DNA of 64,000 nucleotides from an uncultured bacterium (GCA_963713925.1 OY970212.1:992001-1056000); one strand, 5' to 3'; numbered from the stretch's first letter, positions 20,613 to 31,472 are shown. Notes: generated by a model from the sequence alone, not told the origin. Numbers and translations: made by a program.

Positions 20613-21368
20613 TTATTTAATTTCCGATTTTGTTACGTTGCCGTCAAGTGGAATGCCTGATTGGGTTTTACCTTTCTCCCCTTTTTGCGGTTCTAAAACA
20701 AGATTTCTCAAAAGGTTCTTGTCAAATGTCAGTAATATGCGTTTTCTATTATCATTCGGTGCAATTTCGTAAATTATCGTAGCCTTGCCTTTTCTTGCTA
20801 CTTTCAATATAAATTTATCTCCCGCCTTAATTCCAATCGCGCGCAAGTAACCATGGTCAGATTCCTTGCTTCCTTTTGAAGCGGCCACTTCCATAAACGC
20901 ATTACCTGTTGTATAGGGAGCAAATAAGCCGTTTTCGGATCCTTTTGGATACAGTTCAATAGATACCGGTTCATTTAATTTGTTTTTGAATTCAAAAGTG
21001 AACTTATCGGCTGTTTTTTCTGGGGCAACAGTTGAAGTGCTCAACGTCAAAGCCGCGCGAGATGCTTTTTCCGCATTAAGAAAATTATTGTACTCTTTTC
21101 TGTACTGATCATCCTTCAACGTATCAAAAGCAGCTTGTAATTCTTGAAACTCTTCTGTAGTTCCACCTCTATCAGGATGTTTTACAGTAGAAAGCTTTCT
21201 ATAAGCTTTTTTAATCTCATCTGTGCTCGCGTTAGCTGTGACTCCCAAAACGTCATAATAATTGCGCCATCTTTTCCAATCTTGTAAGTATCCTGCGGGC
21301 GCCGACAATAATGTCTGAATAGAACAGCTCAGAATTGTCGCGAGAATAACTATTCGTTTGCCTATCAT
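20613..21368 (-). CDS. Secreted J-domain protein with shared C-terminal domain
   Basis: Signal peptide; NYYDVLGV, IKKAYRKL, HPD. Confidence 0.88.
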   Translation of the reverse strand: MIGKRIVILATILSCSIQTLLSAPAGYLQDWKRWRNYYDVLGVTANASTDEIKKAYRKLSTVKHPDRGGTTEEFQELQAAFDTLKDDQYRKEYNNFLNAEKASRAALTLSTSTVAPEKTADKFTFEFKNKLNEPVSIELYPKGSENGLFAPYTTGNAFMEVAASKGSKESDHGYLRAIGIKAGDKFILKVARKGKATIIYEIAPNDNRKRILLTFDKNLLRNLVLEPQKGEKGKTQSGIPLDGNVTKSEIK

Positions 21369-21377
21369 TGTTTCTCC

Positions 21378-22790
21378 TTATTCATTAAACGTCGAACTAT
21401 ACAACCCGAGATCCTTAATGTCAGAACTTTTAATATTGCCATCAAGCGAAAGGCCCGATTGAGACTTACTCGATAAAAATGCTCCCTTTTGTGGTCGAAG
21501 AATAAGATTGTTTCCTTCTTTTTCAAAAGTGAGAATAATGGCTTTACGATCCTTATTTGCCTTAAGGTTATAGGCATAGGTGGCGAGCTTTCCGCTTGCT
21601 CCTTTTAAAGTCAAAATCAATTTGTATGCAGCTTTTGGATCAAGACCGGTCATACGTAAATATCCATGATCTTCTTCATTTTTGCCCGAAGATTTTTGCG
21701 CGGCTGCTTCATTTCTATAAGCTGCCGTCACCGATTTGCCTTTGTCTCCATCGAGCAGTAATTGAATTTCCAAACCAAATTCACGCAGTTTATTTTTAAG
21801 CTCAAACGTTACTTTTTTTGCGATCGCTTCCGGAACTTGAAAACTCTTGCCCAATACCAATATCGGGGCTTTCCATTCTACTGGGACAGGAAGAGTTTTC
21901 GGCTGCTCAACATTCGATTGTTGTTGTAGCGCTTTTTGTCTCTCTTTTTCCTCACGTTCTTTTTGAATTTGAATGCGATCTTCCTCTTCTTGCTTACGAC
22001 GAGCGGCTTCACGGGCTGCCTGTTCTTCTTCTTTTTTACGTTTTTCTTGCTCAGCTTTTTCGCGTCTCAACTTCTCTTGAGCATCAGTAGCCTCTTTTAC
22101 TTTGCGCTCTGCTTCCGCTTTTTCTTTTGCTATTCGCTCACGCTCACGTTGTTCATTAAGTTCATTTTGTTTTTTCTTTGCATCTTCCTGCGCGCGTTGC
22201 TGAGCGTATTCTTCTGCTTGTTCAAGTTTCATATCCATACGATCAATAATCTCGGTGGGCAGGAATTCTTTCCAGCGCCACGGCGCAGTCAATACAACAT
22301 GTGCACGCTCAAGTTCATCTTTCTTGGCTTGAGAAACATTTTGCTGATCGAATGTTTTCTTGCGATATTCATAATCTTTTTCAATGGTCTCATTACTATC
22401 AATGACATTCGAATCTGAGGCACTCAAACGAGTGCCAATCAGCTGACGCATTTGAAGTAGCTGATCTGCAAGTTGTTTTGATTCAGTTGCGGTCAATCCA
22501 GGAAAATTGGGGGCTTTCTTTGAAGAACCATTAACCAACATGTTGTACATAAGAATTCTACGATCATTCGCTTTTTGAATCTTTTTATATGCATCGCCCA
22601 ACCGCTTTCTTATATCTTTTCGCTCTTGGGCACTATTGGTTTCAGCTACCTGTTTCTCAACAATTTGTGCATATTGTTTTTCAAGTTCAGCGGGTGTCGC
22701 AAAGGGGCTCAGCTCAAGTAAGGAAAAAGGAGATGAACTCTGCAGCGTCCATGATACAAAGGCGGCACAAAGCATCATAATCTTCTTCAT
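21378..22790 (-). CDS. Secreted paralog: degenerate J-like segment, charged coiled coil, shared C-terminal domain
   Basis: PFSLLELSPFA; FELKNK/HGYLR/SQSG motifs shared with neighbours. Confidence 0.8.
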   Translation of the reverse strand: MKKIMMLCAAFVSWTLQSSSPFSLLELSPFATPAELEKQYAQIVEKQVAETNSAQERKDIRKRLGDAYKKIQKANDRRILMYNMLVNGSSKKAPNFPGLTATESKQLADQLLQMRQLIGTRLSASDSNVIDSNETIEKDYEYRKKTFDQQNVSQAKKDELERAHVVLTAPWRWKEFLPTEIIDRMDMKLEQAEEYAQQRAQEDAKKKQNELNEQRERERIAKEKAEAERKVKEATDAQEKLRREKAEQEKRKKEEEQAAREAARRKQEEEDRIQIQKEREEKERQKALQQQSNVEQPKTLPVPVEWKAPILVLGKSFQVPEAIAKKVTFELKNKLREFGLEIQLLLDGDKGKSVTAAYRNEAAAQKSSGKNEEDHGYLRMTGLDPKAAYKLILTLKGASGKLATYAYNLKANKDRKAIILTFEKEGNNLILRPQKGAFLSSKSQSGLSLDGNIKSSDIKDLGLYSSTFNE

Positions 22791-24346
22791 AATGGACCCT
22801 TTATTAATTTAATTTCCGATTCTTTTATGTTTTTCTCGAGCGGGATGCCCGACTGGGACTCGCTTGAAAAAAGAGCTCCTTCTTGTGGTCGCACGACAAA
22901 ATCATTACCCTTTTTTTCAAACTTGAGTAAAATATGACGGCGATCATAATTGCTTGCCACATCATATACAAATCGCTTAAACATCACATCTATTATCAAT
23001 TGATAACGCTCTCTTGGATCCAATCCAGCAATACGCAAATATCCATGTTCTGATTCTTCTTTGCCAGCAGATGACGCCACGACGGCTTCACCCTTATATG
23101 GCTCGGTAATATTTTTTTTCGCGTCACCATTTTCAAGAAGCGTGATAGCAAGACTTCCTTCTGAAAATTTATTTTTGAGCTCAAACGTAAATTTATTTGC
23201 CATTTTTTCAGGTGCGGGGAAAACAGTGCTAAAAGTCAAAACGGGAGATTTCCAATTCTTTTTTTCCGCTGCTCGTTCCGCCTGAGCTGTTTCGCGATCG
23301 ATTTCCTCTCTATGGCGCTTAAGTTTTTCTTGCGCTTCACGACGAGCACGCTCCTCTTGCTCTTTTTCATTTTTTATCCGTTCAGCCTCTTTTTCAGCCG
23401 CAGCTTTGTCTTTTGCCTCTTGCTCATTCTTTTTACGCAATTCTTCTTTTTTTGCACGAGCCTCTTGTGCACGCTGAGCTTCTTCCTGTTCCTTTTCTCG
23501 TTTCAATCGCGCCTCTTGATCACGTTTCTCCTGCGCTTTTTCCATCAAATCAACTTGCTCACGATTTTTAATCGGTTCGTTACTCGACACCTCAACCGGC
23601 TCATCATTTTTTTCAAAATCCGCCGCAACAATCGGATTAATAAATTCCTTGAGTCTCCACGGTTGAGTTAGTACGGTATATGCCTGCTCAAGATCGCTCA
23701 ATAATTTATTTTTCTTACTAACTTCCCTGATTTCTTCAGCACGTCTTTTTGCAATTTCATACTCTTTTTCAATTTGATTATTTGAATCAATAATATTTGA
23801 TTTCGGCTTTGATAACTGAGCTCCTTCGCCCACCCAATTTCGTAGAAGCGTTTCCATTGTTTTTGAAAATGGTTCCGCAACTTTTTTAAGCGATGATGCC
23901 AACTTATCCAAAAAACTATCTATTTTTAAAAGGTCTGAAGTGCTTTTCGATGCCAATAATTCTCTTGCCCAAAGAAGATAATTAACCAGCACATCGGATA
24001 TATCAGAATCAAGCCCATAAAAATGAGGATTCCTCTTTTCGGCTCCGTTGACCAATAAATAATACATCGTCAAACGCCAATCTTCGGGCTTTTGAAGTTG
24101 CTTATAGGCTGAAATGGTTTGATCTCTCATTTCTTTTCGCTTCTGATTACTTTTTGATTCCGGAATTACTTGTTCCATAATTTCAGCATACCGCTTGTTA
24201 AGTTCGTCCGGCCCGCCAAAAGGACTTATCTGCAGCACGCCAAATGGGTTTTTCTTCAATGCTCGAGAAACGAATTCGCCTTTCGCTCCCGCCCAGATCG
24301 TGGACATCATACAGAAGATTGACAGCAACAAAACAGCTTTTCTCAT
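22787..24346 (-). CDS. Secreted paralog: degenerate J-like segment, charged coiled coil, shared C-terminal domain
   Basis: GAGGGG SD before MRKAVLL; NPFGVLQISPF; FELKNK/HGYLR/SQSG. Confidence 0.8.
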   Translation of the reverse strand: MRKAVLLLSIFCMMSTIWAGAKGEFVSRALKKNPFGVLQISPFGGPDELNKRYAEIMEQVIPESKSNQKRKEMRDQTISAYKQLQKPEDWRLTMYYLLVNGAEKRNPHFYGLDSDISDVLVNYLLWARELLASKSTSDLLKIDSFLDKLASSLKKVAEPFSKTMETLLRNWVGEGAQLSKPKSNIIDSNNQIEKEYEIAKRRAEEIREVSKKNKLLSDLEQAYTVLTQPWRLKEFINPIVAADFEKNDEPVEVSSNEPIKNREQVDLMEKAQEKRDQEARLKREKEQEEAQRAQEARAKKEELRKKNEQEAKDKAAAEKEAERIKNEKEQEERARREAQEKLKRHREEIDRETAQAERAAEKKNWKSPVLTFSTVFPAPEKMANKFTFELKNKFSEGSLAITLLENGDAKKNITEPYKGEAVVASSAGKEESEHGYLRIAGLDPRERYQLIIDVMFKRFVYDVASNYDRRHILLKFEKKGNDFVVRPQEGALFSSESQSGIPLEKNIKESEIKLIKGPL

Positions 24347-24510
24347 GAAATATCCCCTCAAATTAATTTCATTACCCTTCTCAAAGATAATCATATACAG
24401 CCCTAACAAATCAATACCTTCAGTAAAAATTTCAGATAGAACATTGAATCATTAAAGCGATTAATGTTATTATTCATATAGAGGCAAAAAATGGACCAAA
24501 AAGGGACACT

Positions 24511-25029
24511 ATGCTCAAAAAAATAAGTTTTTTATTCATAATATTTGTATGTGTAGCCGCCGCACAGGGCATGGATGAGGCTTATGAATACAATTTTAAT
24601 TTGACAACGAGTATTATACAAAATCTTGGCAACCTCACCCCAGACAAAGATGAACTCACCAGGATGGAAGCAGAATGGCGACTCAGCGATATTCTTGATA
24701 CTCCAGGTCTTTCTCAATACAACAAAGATTGGATTTTGAATGCTTTACTTGAAAAAGCACTGCCCTCAAATTGGACAGAACTCGGGCAATTAGTACAAAA
24801 AGCACTGCGGATCGGGGGACATATTGACCCTAATTTCTTCTATAAACTTCATAATATTAAAGCTGATTTGCGTTTAAAAAAAATGAAGGCATCTGTTGAT
24901 CTTCTGGGGGATCAAAACAACAAAATAAAGCAAGCTTTCACTAGCGAAATTGAAAACAACATTCGAGTTATTTATTGGAAAATAGATCTTATAATTGACT
25001 TAATGAAAAATGCCTTATCCGGAAAGTAA
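24511..25029 (+). CDS. Hypothetical secreted protein
   Basis: SD plus signal peptide. Confidence 0.7.
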   Translation: MLKKISFLFIIFVCVAAAQGMDEAYEYNFNLTTSIIQNLGNLTPDKDELTRMEAEWRLSDILDTPGLSQYNKDWILNALLEKALPSNWTELGQLVQKALRIGGHIDPNFFYKLHNIKADLRLKKMKASVDLLGDQNNKIKQAFTSEIENNIRVIYWKIDLIIDLMKNALSGK

Positions 25030-25135
25030 ACGAATCCCATAAATACCCGAACCCCATAGTAGACTTTTTCCCTTTTCTATGCTTATAATAAGTATTATTT
25101 TATCAACCAAAAAACTCGAAAGAAAGTGATTACAT

Positions 25136-25342
25136 ATGTCACGTAGAGCTAATATCGCCATCCACGTAACGGGAAATGTTGAGCGTTCACTTCGTCAATT
25201 TAAGAAGAAGATCGAACGTGAAGGCATTGTAAGGGATATGAAGCGTACAGTGTATTTTGAATCACCGACGCAAAAGCGCCGCAAACGTCTTGTAAGAGCA
25301 ATCAAGCAAAACATGGTGCGCATCTTATCTCAAAAACTCTAA
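25136..25342 (+). CDS. rpsU: 30S ribosomal protein S21
   Basis: ERSLRQFKKKIEREG, YFESPTQKRR. Confidence 0.9.
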   Translation: MSRRANIAIHVTGNVERSLRQFKKKIEREGIVRDMKRTVYFESPTQKRRKRLVRAIKQNMVRILSQKL

Positions 25343-25360
25343 TTTTCATCTTTGCTATTT

Positions 25361-25738
25361 ATGACCACATCTATCCAAGAACGAAAAAAGGCTCAAAAAG
25401 AGTCTTTGCTCTATCAAGAGATTTCTAAATTCTTCTTATCAATCACCCTTGATAATCCCAAGCTTCGACCCCTTTTGATAACAAGAGTTTCGTTATCTCG
25501 TGACAAAGGATATGTGGTCATTTATTTTTACTCCCCTGGTGGATTGTCTGAGTTTGAGGGGTTGCGAAAAGAACTTGTTCTTTTTAAACCGTCCCTGAGA
25601 ACAGCTATTTCTCGCACTATCCCGGGGCGATATACGCCGGACCTCAGGTTTGCTTTTGACACATTGTTTGAAAAACAACAGCGCGTTGATGACCTCATTC
25701 AAAAAATAAGCGCCGAAGATCTACCTGAAGAAGACTGA
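25361..25738 (+). CDS. rbfA: Ribosome-binding factor A
   Basis: ITRVSLSRD, RYTPDLRFAFD. Confidence 0.88.
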   Translation: MTTSIQERKKAQKESLLYQEISKFFLSITLDNPKLRPLLITRVSLSRDKGYVVIYFYSPGGLSEFEGLRKELVLFKPSLRTAISRTIPGRYTPDLRFAFDTLFEKQQRVDDLIQKISAEDLPEED

Positions 25739-25800
25739 TGGGGGCCCTCACGATTTTAACGTGGGGTAATATCGTCTCACCGCAAACCGGGGTAATTGCA

Positions 25801-26568
25801 ATGTCTATTGAAATTATTGTGCTCACCCTGCTTTTCTTATGCTGGGGATCGTTTTTAAATGTTCTTGGCTACAGACTCATTACCGGTCAACCAATTCTTT
25901 GGGCTCGGTCAGAATGTCCCTCCTGTGGTGCAACGATTGCTCCTTATGATCTTATCCCTCTTTTTTCTTATGTAATCTTGCGCGGAAGATGTCGCTGCTG
26001 TCATCAACCCATTTCTTCGCTCTATCCGCTCATTGAATTTTTGACCGCCTTCGTTTGCTTGGTTCTCTTTTTTATCTCACCCGCACAATATTTCCCTCTG
26101 TTCTTTTTATTTTTCTCCGCGTTAATCGTCACCATTAGAAGCGACTTGGAAACAATGCTCATTTCTCGATACGTGACAACATACCTGGTTCCCGTGGCAC
26201 TGTTGGGGGCTTATGGCAACCTGCTTCCGATATCCCCGATTGAATCAATTAGCGGCTGGCTTTTGGGGTGGATATTTATGAAAACAGTTCAATATGGATT
26301 CAAAAAGGTCACCAATAAAGATGGCCTGGGAGACGGAGATGTTGATCTTATTGCCATGATCGGAGCATTCACCGGCCCTATCGGCTGTTGGATGAGCCTG
26401 CTCATCGGATCAATTCTGGGAACCTTATCCGCACTTTTCTTATATGCTTTTTCGTCCATGACACCCGATCGAAAAATGCCCTTCGGGCCTTTCCTTGCTC
26501 TTGGCGCTATTGTTTGGGTTATTGTATGTCTTTCCGAACAATACTTTTTCTATCTATCCACCTTATAA
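25801..26568 (+). CDS. pilD: Type IV prepilin peptidase (A24)
   Basis: GSFLNV, RSECPSC, RGRCRCC, GLGDGD, PFGPFL. Confidence 0.93.
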   Translation: MSIEIIVLTLLFLCWGSFLNVLGYRLITGQPILWARSECPSCGATIAPYDLIPLFSYVILRGRCRCCHQPISSLYPLIEFLTAFVCLVLFFISPAQYFPLFFLFFSALIVTIRSDLETMLISRYVTTYLVPVALLGAYGNLLPISPIESISGWLLGWIFMKTVQYGFKKVTNKDGLGDGDVDLIAMIGAFTGPIGCWMSLLIGSILGTLSALFLYAFSSMTPDRKMPFGPFLALGAIVWVIVCLSEQYFFYLSTL

Positions 26569-26647
26569 AACATTTGCCTACCGCACTTTTCAAGAGTAGA
26601 CTTTTACTGATTATGTGTTCATATAAAGTCTTTTTGAAATTCTTCGA

Positions 26648-26742
26648 ATAACTTTCCATGGCTTGAAAGACGTGGTTCTTAGTAAGGAATTCGGACCTTA
26701 CATCCCCGGGGCTTAAAAACTGCAGGGTTTTACGGCCCGGTG
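26648..26742. mobile_element. Possible miniature IS200/IS605-derived element (PATE-like)
   Basis: Two subterminal hairpins resembling IS605/IscB ends (AACTTTCCATGGCTTGAAAGACGTGG; TTACATCCCCGG...GGGTTTTACGGC). Confidence 0.4.
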
Positions 26743-26789
26743 AAATGAACTTCTTAGTAGTTGTCATATTTCATACGAAAGGAACGTGT

Positions 26790-27440
26790 ATGATTAACCT
26801 CATGCTGATTTTATGTTTTATTGCGCATCAATCAATCGCCTGTCAATCTATCGAAAAACTATTAGCTCCTCCCAACGACGTACGTGCGTTCATTACTTAT
26901 AATAAAGAAAAGGTAACAGTCCATCTCGCACATCAAAATCTCTCATCTCTTGATGGCTTCGAGACAATAGTTGAACATATTGAGAGTTCCGAAAATCTTC
27001 GGGGACGGACTATCGCAATCACCATCGCAGGCAATAGTCTGCATACCATTGAGAACAAAGCATTCATCTCATTTGTCACGAAATCTCCCATTGAGCATCT
27101 GGATCTGAGCGAAAACAAATTAAAACAATTGCCCCCCGATTTTTTAAGTGATGAGAATGCACCATTCAATGCAACTCTCAAACGCGTTATTTTACGAGGC
27201 AATCAACTTCGAAAACTACCCCACAGTCTCCTGCGTGGAGCGCCTCAACTAAAAATGTTAGATCTCTCGCAAAATGCACTTGCCGGCAATTCGTGCATTC
27301 CTAAACACCTGTTTGATAACAAAAAAAAGCACCTTCACCATCTCCTGATAGCCGGTAGATATCAAACTCCGCCGCGAAAAGGGCATAAGCTCACTCCCTC
27401 AGAGCAAGATCTTGCTCTTGCAATATCTGATACGTTATGA
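26790..27440 (+). CDS. Secreted leucine-rich repeat protein
   Basis: LDLSENKLKQLP, ILRGNQLRKLP, LDLSQNAL. Confidence 0.85.
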   Translation: MINLMLILCFIAHQSIACQSIEKLLAPPNDVRAFITYNKEKVTVHLAHQNLSSLDGFETIVEHIESSENLRGRTIAITIAGNSLHTIENKAFISFVTKSPIEHLDLSENKLKQLPPDFLSDENAPFNATLKRVILRGNQLRKLPHSLLRGAPQLKMLDLSQNALAGNSCIPKHLFDNKKKHLHHLLIAGRYQTPPRKGHKLTPSEQDLALAISDTL

Positions 27441-27489
27441 TGCCCGTGATAATCATTGTTTGATATCCATACCCAAACGAGGAGCATTT

Positions 27490-28161
27490 ATGAAATCATA
27501 TATTCTGTTGTGTCTTTTTTTCGCAGTAGCCATCAATGGCTCTGATCAGGTTACCGTTTTTTCTAACAAAACCGCTGTTATCGGCAAACTCTCCGATGCA
27601 GAATTACAAAAACTCTGGCAAGACTTACAAGCCGCTCTTGAAAGCTCGAAAGATAAGAATTTTCATGAAAAGGCAAGAGGATTTGTAAATATGATATTGA
27701 AGGAAAAATTCGAAAGAATCGCCAAATATGACAAACAAGCTCAAGATGTTTACTCGAAAATGCTTTTGAATATTCTGCTTGCCGTGGCTTTTGACGGCAC
27801 AGCACTCATGCTCTCCGGCGAATCGGCTCAATATGCAATCTATTCGTCAGCTCTCCGACAACTGGCTTATGACATGAGTGGTTTTCTTTTGCAAGACAAT
27901 CGACCCGTTAATCGAATTGCTAAATCAGTTATTTCTTCGCAAGTAATCAGCCCACTCCTACAACTTCCCACAGCAGGAGGCGGAATTTTTTCGCCCGACT
28001 TAACGACCGCATTGTCTTACGGATCTCTGCCGGCAGATGCCACACTCAAAAAAATGGGCTACACGGATACTGTTGTTGCGAAATTCACTCAGGCACGCGA
28101 ATCATCGATAAATTTTCTCAGCTCCCTCTGGCAATCGATCCCCTCACCTTTTTCTAAGTAA
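27490..28161 (+). CDS. Hypothetical secreted protein
   Basis: GAGGAG SD, signal peptide. Confidence 0.7.
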   Translation: MKSYILLCLFFAVAINGSDQVTVFSNKTAVIGKLSDAELQKLWQDLQAALESSKDKNFHEKARGFVNMILKEKFERIAKYDKQAQDVYSKMLLNILLAVAFDGTALMLSGESAQYAIYSSALRQLAYDMSGFLLQDNRPVNRIAKSVISSQVISPLLQLPTAGGGIFSPDLTTALSYGSLPADATLKKMGYTDTVVAKFTQARESSINFLSSLWQSIPSPFSK

Positions 28162-28594
28162 GATCATCTCTAATAATTTTTATGGTATTAGTATGGTCAA
28201 TCGAGATAATATCCGGTTGGCCGTCGCCATCAATATCGGCTGCGGCAACCGCTACAAAACCTGTTTTTCCGGCCGATCCTTGTGAGGCATGTTGCGCGCC
28301 TACGCTACATTTGCCCGATATCGCAGAACCGCAGCCATAGGAATAGGTGCAGGAAGCATTCCCATTCTCATATCCATCTGGAGACCATCGAAGATCGGAA
28401 AGCTGGGCATATGATCCATGCTCGGCAAAATGGGCCTTTTGAGCCGCATAAATTGACCGCAGGTTAATATATGCTTCCGCTCGTTTTGCTTTTGCAATAT
28501 AGCGGGTAAACTGCGGCACGGAAAAGAGCGCCAATATACCGATTATAGCAACGACAACCATCAACTCGATCAAGGTAAACCCGGACTTCTTCAT
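28154..28594 (-). CDS. Type IV pilin
   Basis: [12 protein letters not shown]-methylation motif; Cys residues; DIDGDGQPD. Confidence 0.93.
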   Translation of the reverse strand: MKKSGFTLIELMVVVAIIGILALFSVPQFTRYIAKAKRAEAYINLRSIYAAQKAHFAEHGSYAQLSDLRWSPDGYENGNASCTYSYGCGSAISGKCSVGAQHASQGSAGKTGFVAVAAADIDGDGQPDIISIDHTNTIKIIRDDLT

Positions 28595-29020
28595 AATCTA
28601 CTCCTAAAATACACCCTCACACTTTCCTCCTTCGCTAAACAGATCGTGCGGGGGCCCCGTTAATATGACCCAACTTTTAAAATCACTATACTGCCGAACG
28701 CAATCGCGTGGTCAAGAGTCGCATATTTACGTACTGAATCACTATTATTTGCAATGGTTTTCTATGTGAAAATATATAAACAAAACTACATACTTTCATC
28801 TTCGGAGAACGAAATCGTTTTTAATATTTTTTATATTATTTCAGCCTGAAACAATGAGTGCCCATATGCAAATAAAATTTCTTCTTTGACATTTTGAAAA
28901 AACAGATTAACATAAAATATGTATTACAAAATTGCACAGTACAAAAATCTTGGCTATTGCCAAAATTGAAAATTCATACTAGTTATTGAACAGAACCGTA
29001 TTTAACAAGATCGGAGACCT

Positions 29021-30430
29021 ATGAAAAACATTTCAAAACAAATGAATCCTCAAGCGGGACTTCCCTCAAAGCAACGCAGTTATGCGGAAGTTGTCGAATA
29101 TCTCGATGCACATTGGCACACTAATACCAATGATAAAAATCTCAATTGCATGAAGCAATTGGACAAAGCATTTGGAAACGTGTCTCAAAAAGTCAGCGCC
29201 ATCATTGTGGCTGGAACCAAGGGAAAAAGCTTAACAATCAATTTCGCATCTCAGCTTCTTCAAGCTGAAGGATTATCTGTCGGCGCTTTTTACTCTCCTC
29301 ATATGCTTACCTACAATGAACGTATTGCTATCAATAAAGAATTCATTCCAAATAAAAATTTCACCGACATTGCAAATGACATCATTAACACCATTGAACA
29401 GCTAAACCTTCAAGCGAATAGCTTTGAAATACTTACCATGATGGCATTGATCTATTTCAATGATAAAAAGGTGGAAGTTGCGCTCCTTGAACTTCACGAC
29501 GGCAGCAAGCATAATGCTACCACTATTTGTTCACCAAAAATTGCTGCATTCACCCGTATCAACACCGATGATGCAACACAAGTGTCAACCGCATTGGCTG
29601 AAATGATCGGTATCGTAAAAGCGGGAACCCATGTTGTCTCTGCTGACCAAAGCAAATTAAGCTTGCAATCTATGTTGACCATGGTTGAAGAAAAAGGCGG
29701 CGTTTGGGGCATGCCAATTCGTAAGCTTGCGCAATTGGGCTACCCATTTGAGCAATTGCACGGTCGTTGCGCGGCTCTTGCGGAACGTATAGCACAAATT
29801 TATATCAACAACATCCTTGCTAAAGATTCTACATTACTCTCAAATTCGCTCTTGGCAAAACAAAAAGGCCAACGCGGCAGACCAACTCTTGAAGCAAAAC
29901 GAGAACTTGAATTGAATCCGAAAAAAACCGTTGAACAATTCTGGAAAGAAACGGTCAACCAATTGCCGGGTAGATTCCAACTTCTTGAAAAAGACAAGCC
30001 GACCATCCTTCTTGATAATGCAAACAACCTCGACTCTTTTGAAAACCTTTTGCTTGGCATCAGACTCCTTTCATACCAACGTCCGTTGAAGGGTCTTGCA
30101 CTTGTTATTGCTAACAATAACCCTCAATTGAATACTGCTGAGTTCCTCAAAGCACTCCGTTACTTCTTTAAAAAGACTTCAGGCCAAGTGATCATTTGCG
30201 CAACCGAGACTCTTGAAGGAGAAGTAGGTTCTCATACTTCATGGGATGTTGAGCACATGGTAAATGAAATCAAGGCGATGAAAGTAAAAGTTCGTTCCGC
30301 AAAGAACATCAAAGAAGCCGTTGATTTGGCAACCAAGAGTGTTGATGAACGCAATGGACTTGTAGTCGTAACCGGATCTTCAGCTGCAGTTGCGCACTAC
30401 TGGAAATGCAAAGATATTAAAAAAATCTAA
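29021..30430 (+). CDS. FolC/Mur-ligase-like protein with degenerate catalytic motifs
   Basis: AGTKGKS, YSPHMLTYNERI, FEILT, LPGRFQ, LDNANN. Confidence 0.75.
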   Translation: MKNISKQMNPQAGLPSKQRSYAEVVEYLDAHWHTNTNDKNLNCMKQLDKAFGNVSQKVSAIIVAGTKGKSLTINFASQLLQAEGLSVGAFYSPHMLTYNERIAINKEFIPNKNFTDIANDIINTIEQLNLQANSFEILTMMALIYFNDKKVEVALLELHDGSKHNATTICSPKIAAFTRINTDDATQVSTALAEMIGIVKAGTHVVSADQSKLSLQSMLTMVEEKGGVWGMPIRKLAQLGYPFEQLHGRCAALAERIAQIYINNILAKDSTLLSNSLLAKQKGQRGRPTLEAKRELELNPKKTVEQFWKETVNQLPGRFQLLEKDKPTILLDNANNLDSFENLLLGIRLLSYQRPLKGLALVIANNNPQLNTAEFLKALRYFFKKTSGQVIICATETLEGEVGSHTSWDVEHMVNEIKAMKVKVRSAKNIKEAVDLATKSVDERNGLVVVTGSSAAVAHYWKCKDIKKI

Positions 30431-30448
30431 AAAATATCTGGAAAACTC

Positions 30449-30739
30449 ATGGTTTTTGTCTCAATAATTGTGGGTTTTCTCATCGGATTATTATACCGAT
30501 TTTGGTTTGTACGCATGCAAACCAAAATCGGTTTTCTTACGCAGACCAATTCAAACACGCCGACACGTCTTTTTTTTGAAACCATTGTTTTAAGTTTTGC
30601 ACGAATTGTACTTATATCAGCACTTCTTACATACCTGTTGCTATCAAACGCAATCCATCTTATAATCGTAACACTAGTTTGTGGTATAACGATTGCTCTT
30701 TTTGGAGTCATTAAGGATATTGCGCATGGAAGGCATTAG
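30449..30739 (+). CDS. Small membrane protein (AtpI-like)
   Basis: Hydrophobic; directly upstream of atpB. Confidence 0.5.
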   Translation: MVFVSIIVGFLIGLLYRFWFVRMQTKIGFLTQTNSNTPTRLFFETIVLSFARIVLISALLTYLLLSNAIHLIIVTLVCGITIALFGVIKDIAHGRH

Positions 30740-31472
30740 TATCGGCCAATCTCACACCTGGCATCCCCTTTCCGCTTTTACTCATAACCCTTTTTTTGAA
30801 TTAAATCCCGAGACGATCATCTTCACATGGCTCGCCTTGGCGCTCATTGTCGTGGCATCGCTCGTGATGCGATACTTTTTAATGCGCAAGACAAGCATTG
30901 TTCGCTATTTTTTTATTTCACTCGCACGCTTTTTTAAAGATTTGACTGAACAAACGCTCGGCTCCTTTGTCGCAGATCATTTTTATTTTGTCACCTCAGT
31001 TTTCATTTTTTTATTGGCGTGTAACACCCTGCCTGTTCTCCCCTGGACTGAAGAGCCAACAAAGGATATTAATACTACTCTTGCTATGGGTCTCGTCTCA
31101 TTTTTTTATATTCAAATATATACCATTAAAGTTCACGGCATTATCGGTTATTTAAAAGAATATTTCACGCCTGTCTTTTTTATGTTCCCGTTACATGTTA
31201 TCTCTAAACTTTCATCGATTGTTTCATTATCATTCCGTCTCTTTGGCAATATTTTCGGCGGAGCCGTCATCGGACAAATTTTTCTCGCGCTCATTCAAGG
31301 TTCTCTCGCATTAGAAATACTCGGTTTGCCTATAAATTTTGTCATTCTTTCATTTTTTGTAATCTTTGAAGGGATGCTGCAAGCTTTTGTATTTGCGATG
31401 CTTACTTTGACCTATCTTGCAATTGCAATATCAAGTGAACATGAAGAAGCTCATTTGGGAGACATACCATGA
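30726..31472 (+). CDS. atpB: F0 ATP synthase subunit a
   Basis: PTKDIN, SLSFRLFGN with essential Arg, LQAFVF. Confidence 0.95.
   Translation: MEGISIGQSHTWHPLSAFTHNPFFELNPETIIFTWLALALIVVASLVMRYFLMRKTSIVRYFFISLARFFKDLTEQTLGSFVADHFYFVTSVFIFLLACNTLPVLPWTEEPTKDINTTLAMGLVSFFYIQIYTIKVHGIIGYLKEYFTPVFFMFPLHVISKLSSIVSLSFRLFGNIFGGAVIGQIFLALIQGSLALEILGLPINFVILSFFVIFEGMLQAFVFAMLTLTYLAIAISSEHEEAHLGDIP

Noticed and set aside
21818..23671. Phe/Leu-rich plus-strand ORFs
   Set aside because: Antisense reflections of Glu/Lys-rich coiled-coil genes
26616..26750. 6S RNA
   Set aside because: Too short and made of local hairpins rather than one long rod with a central bubble
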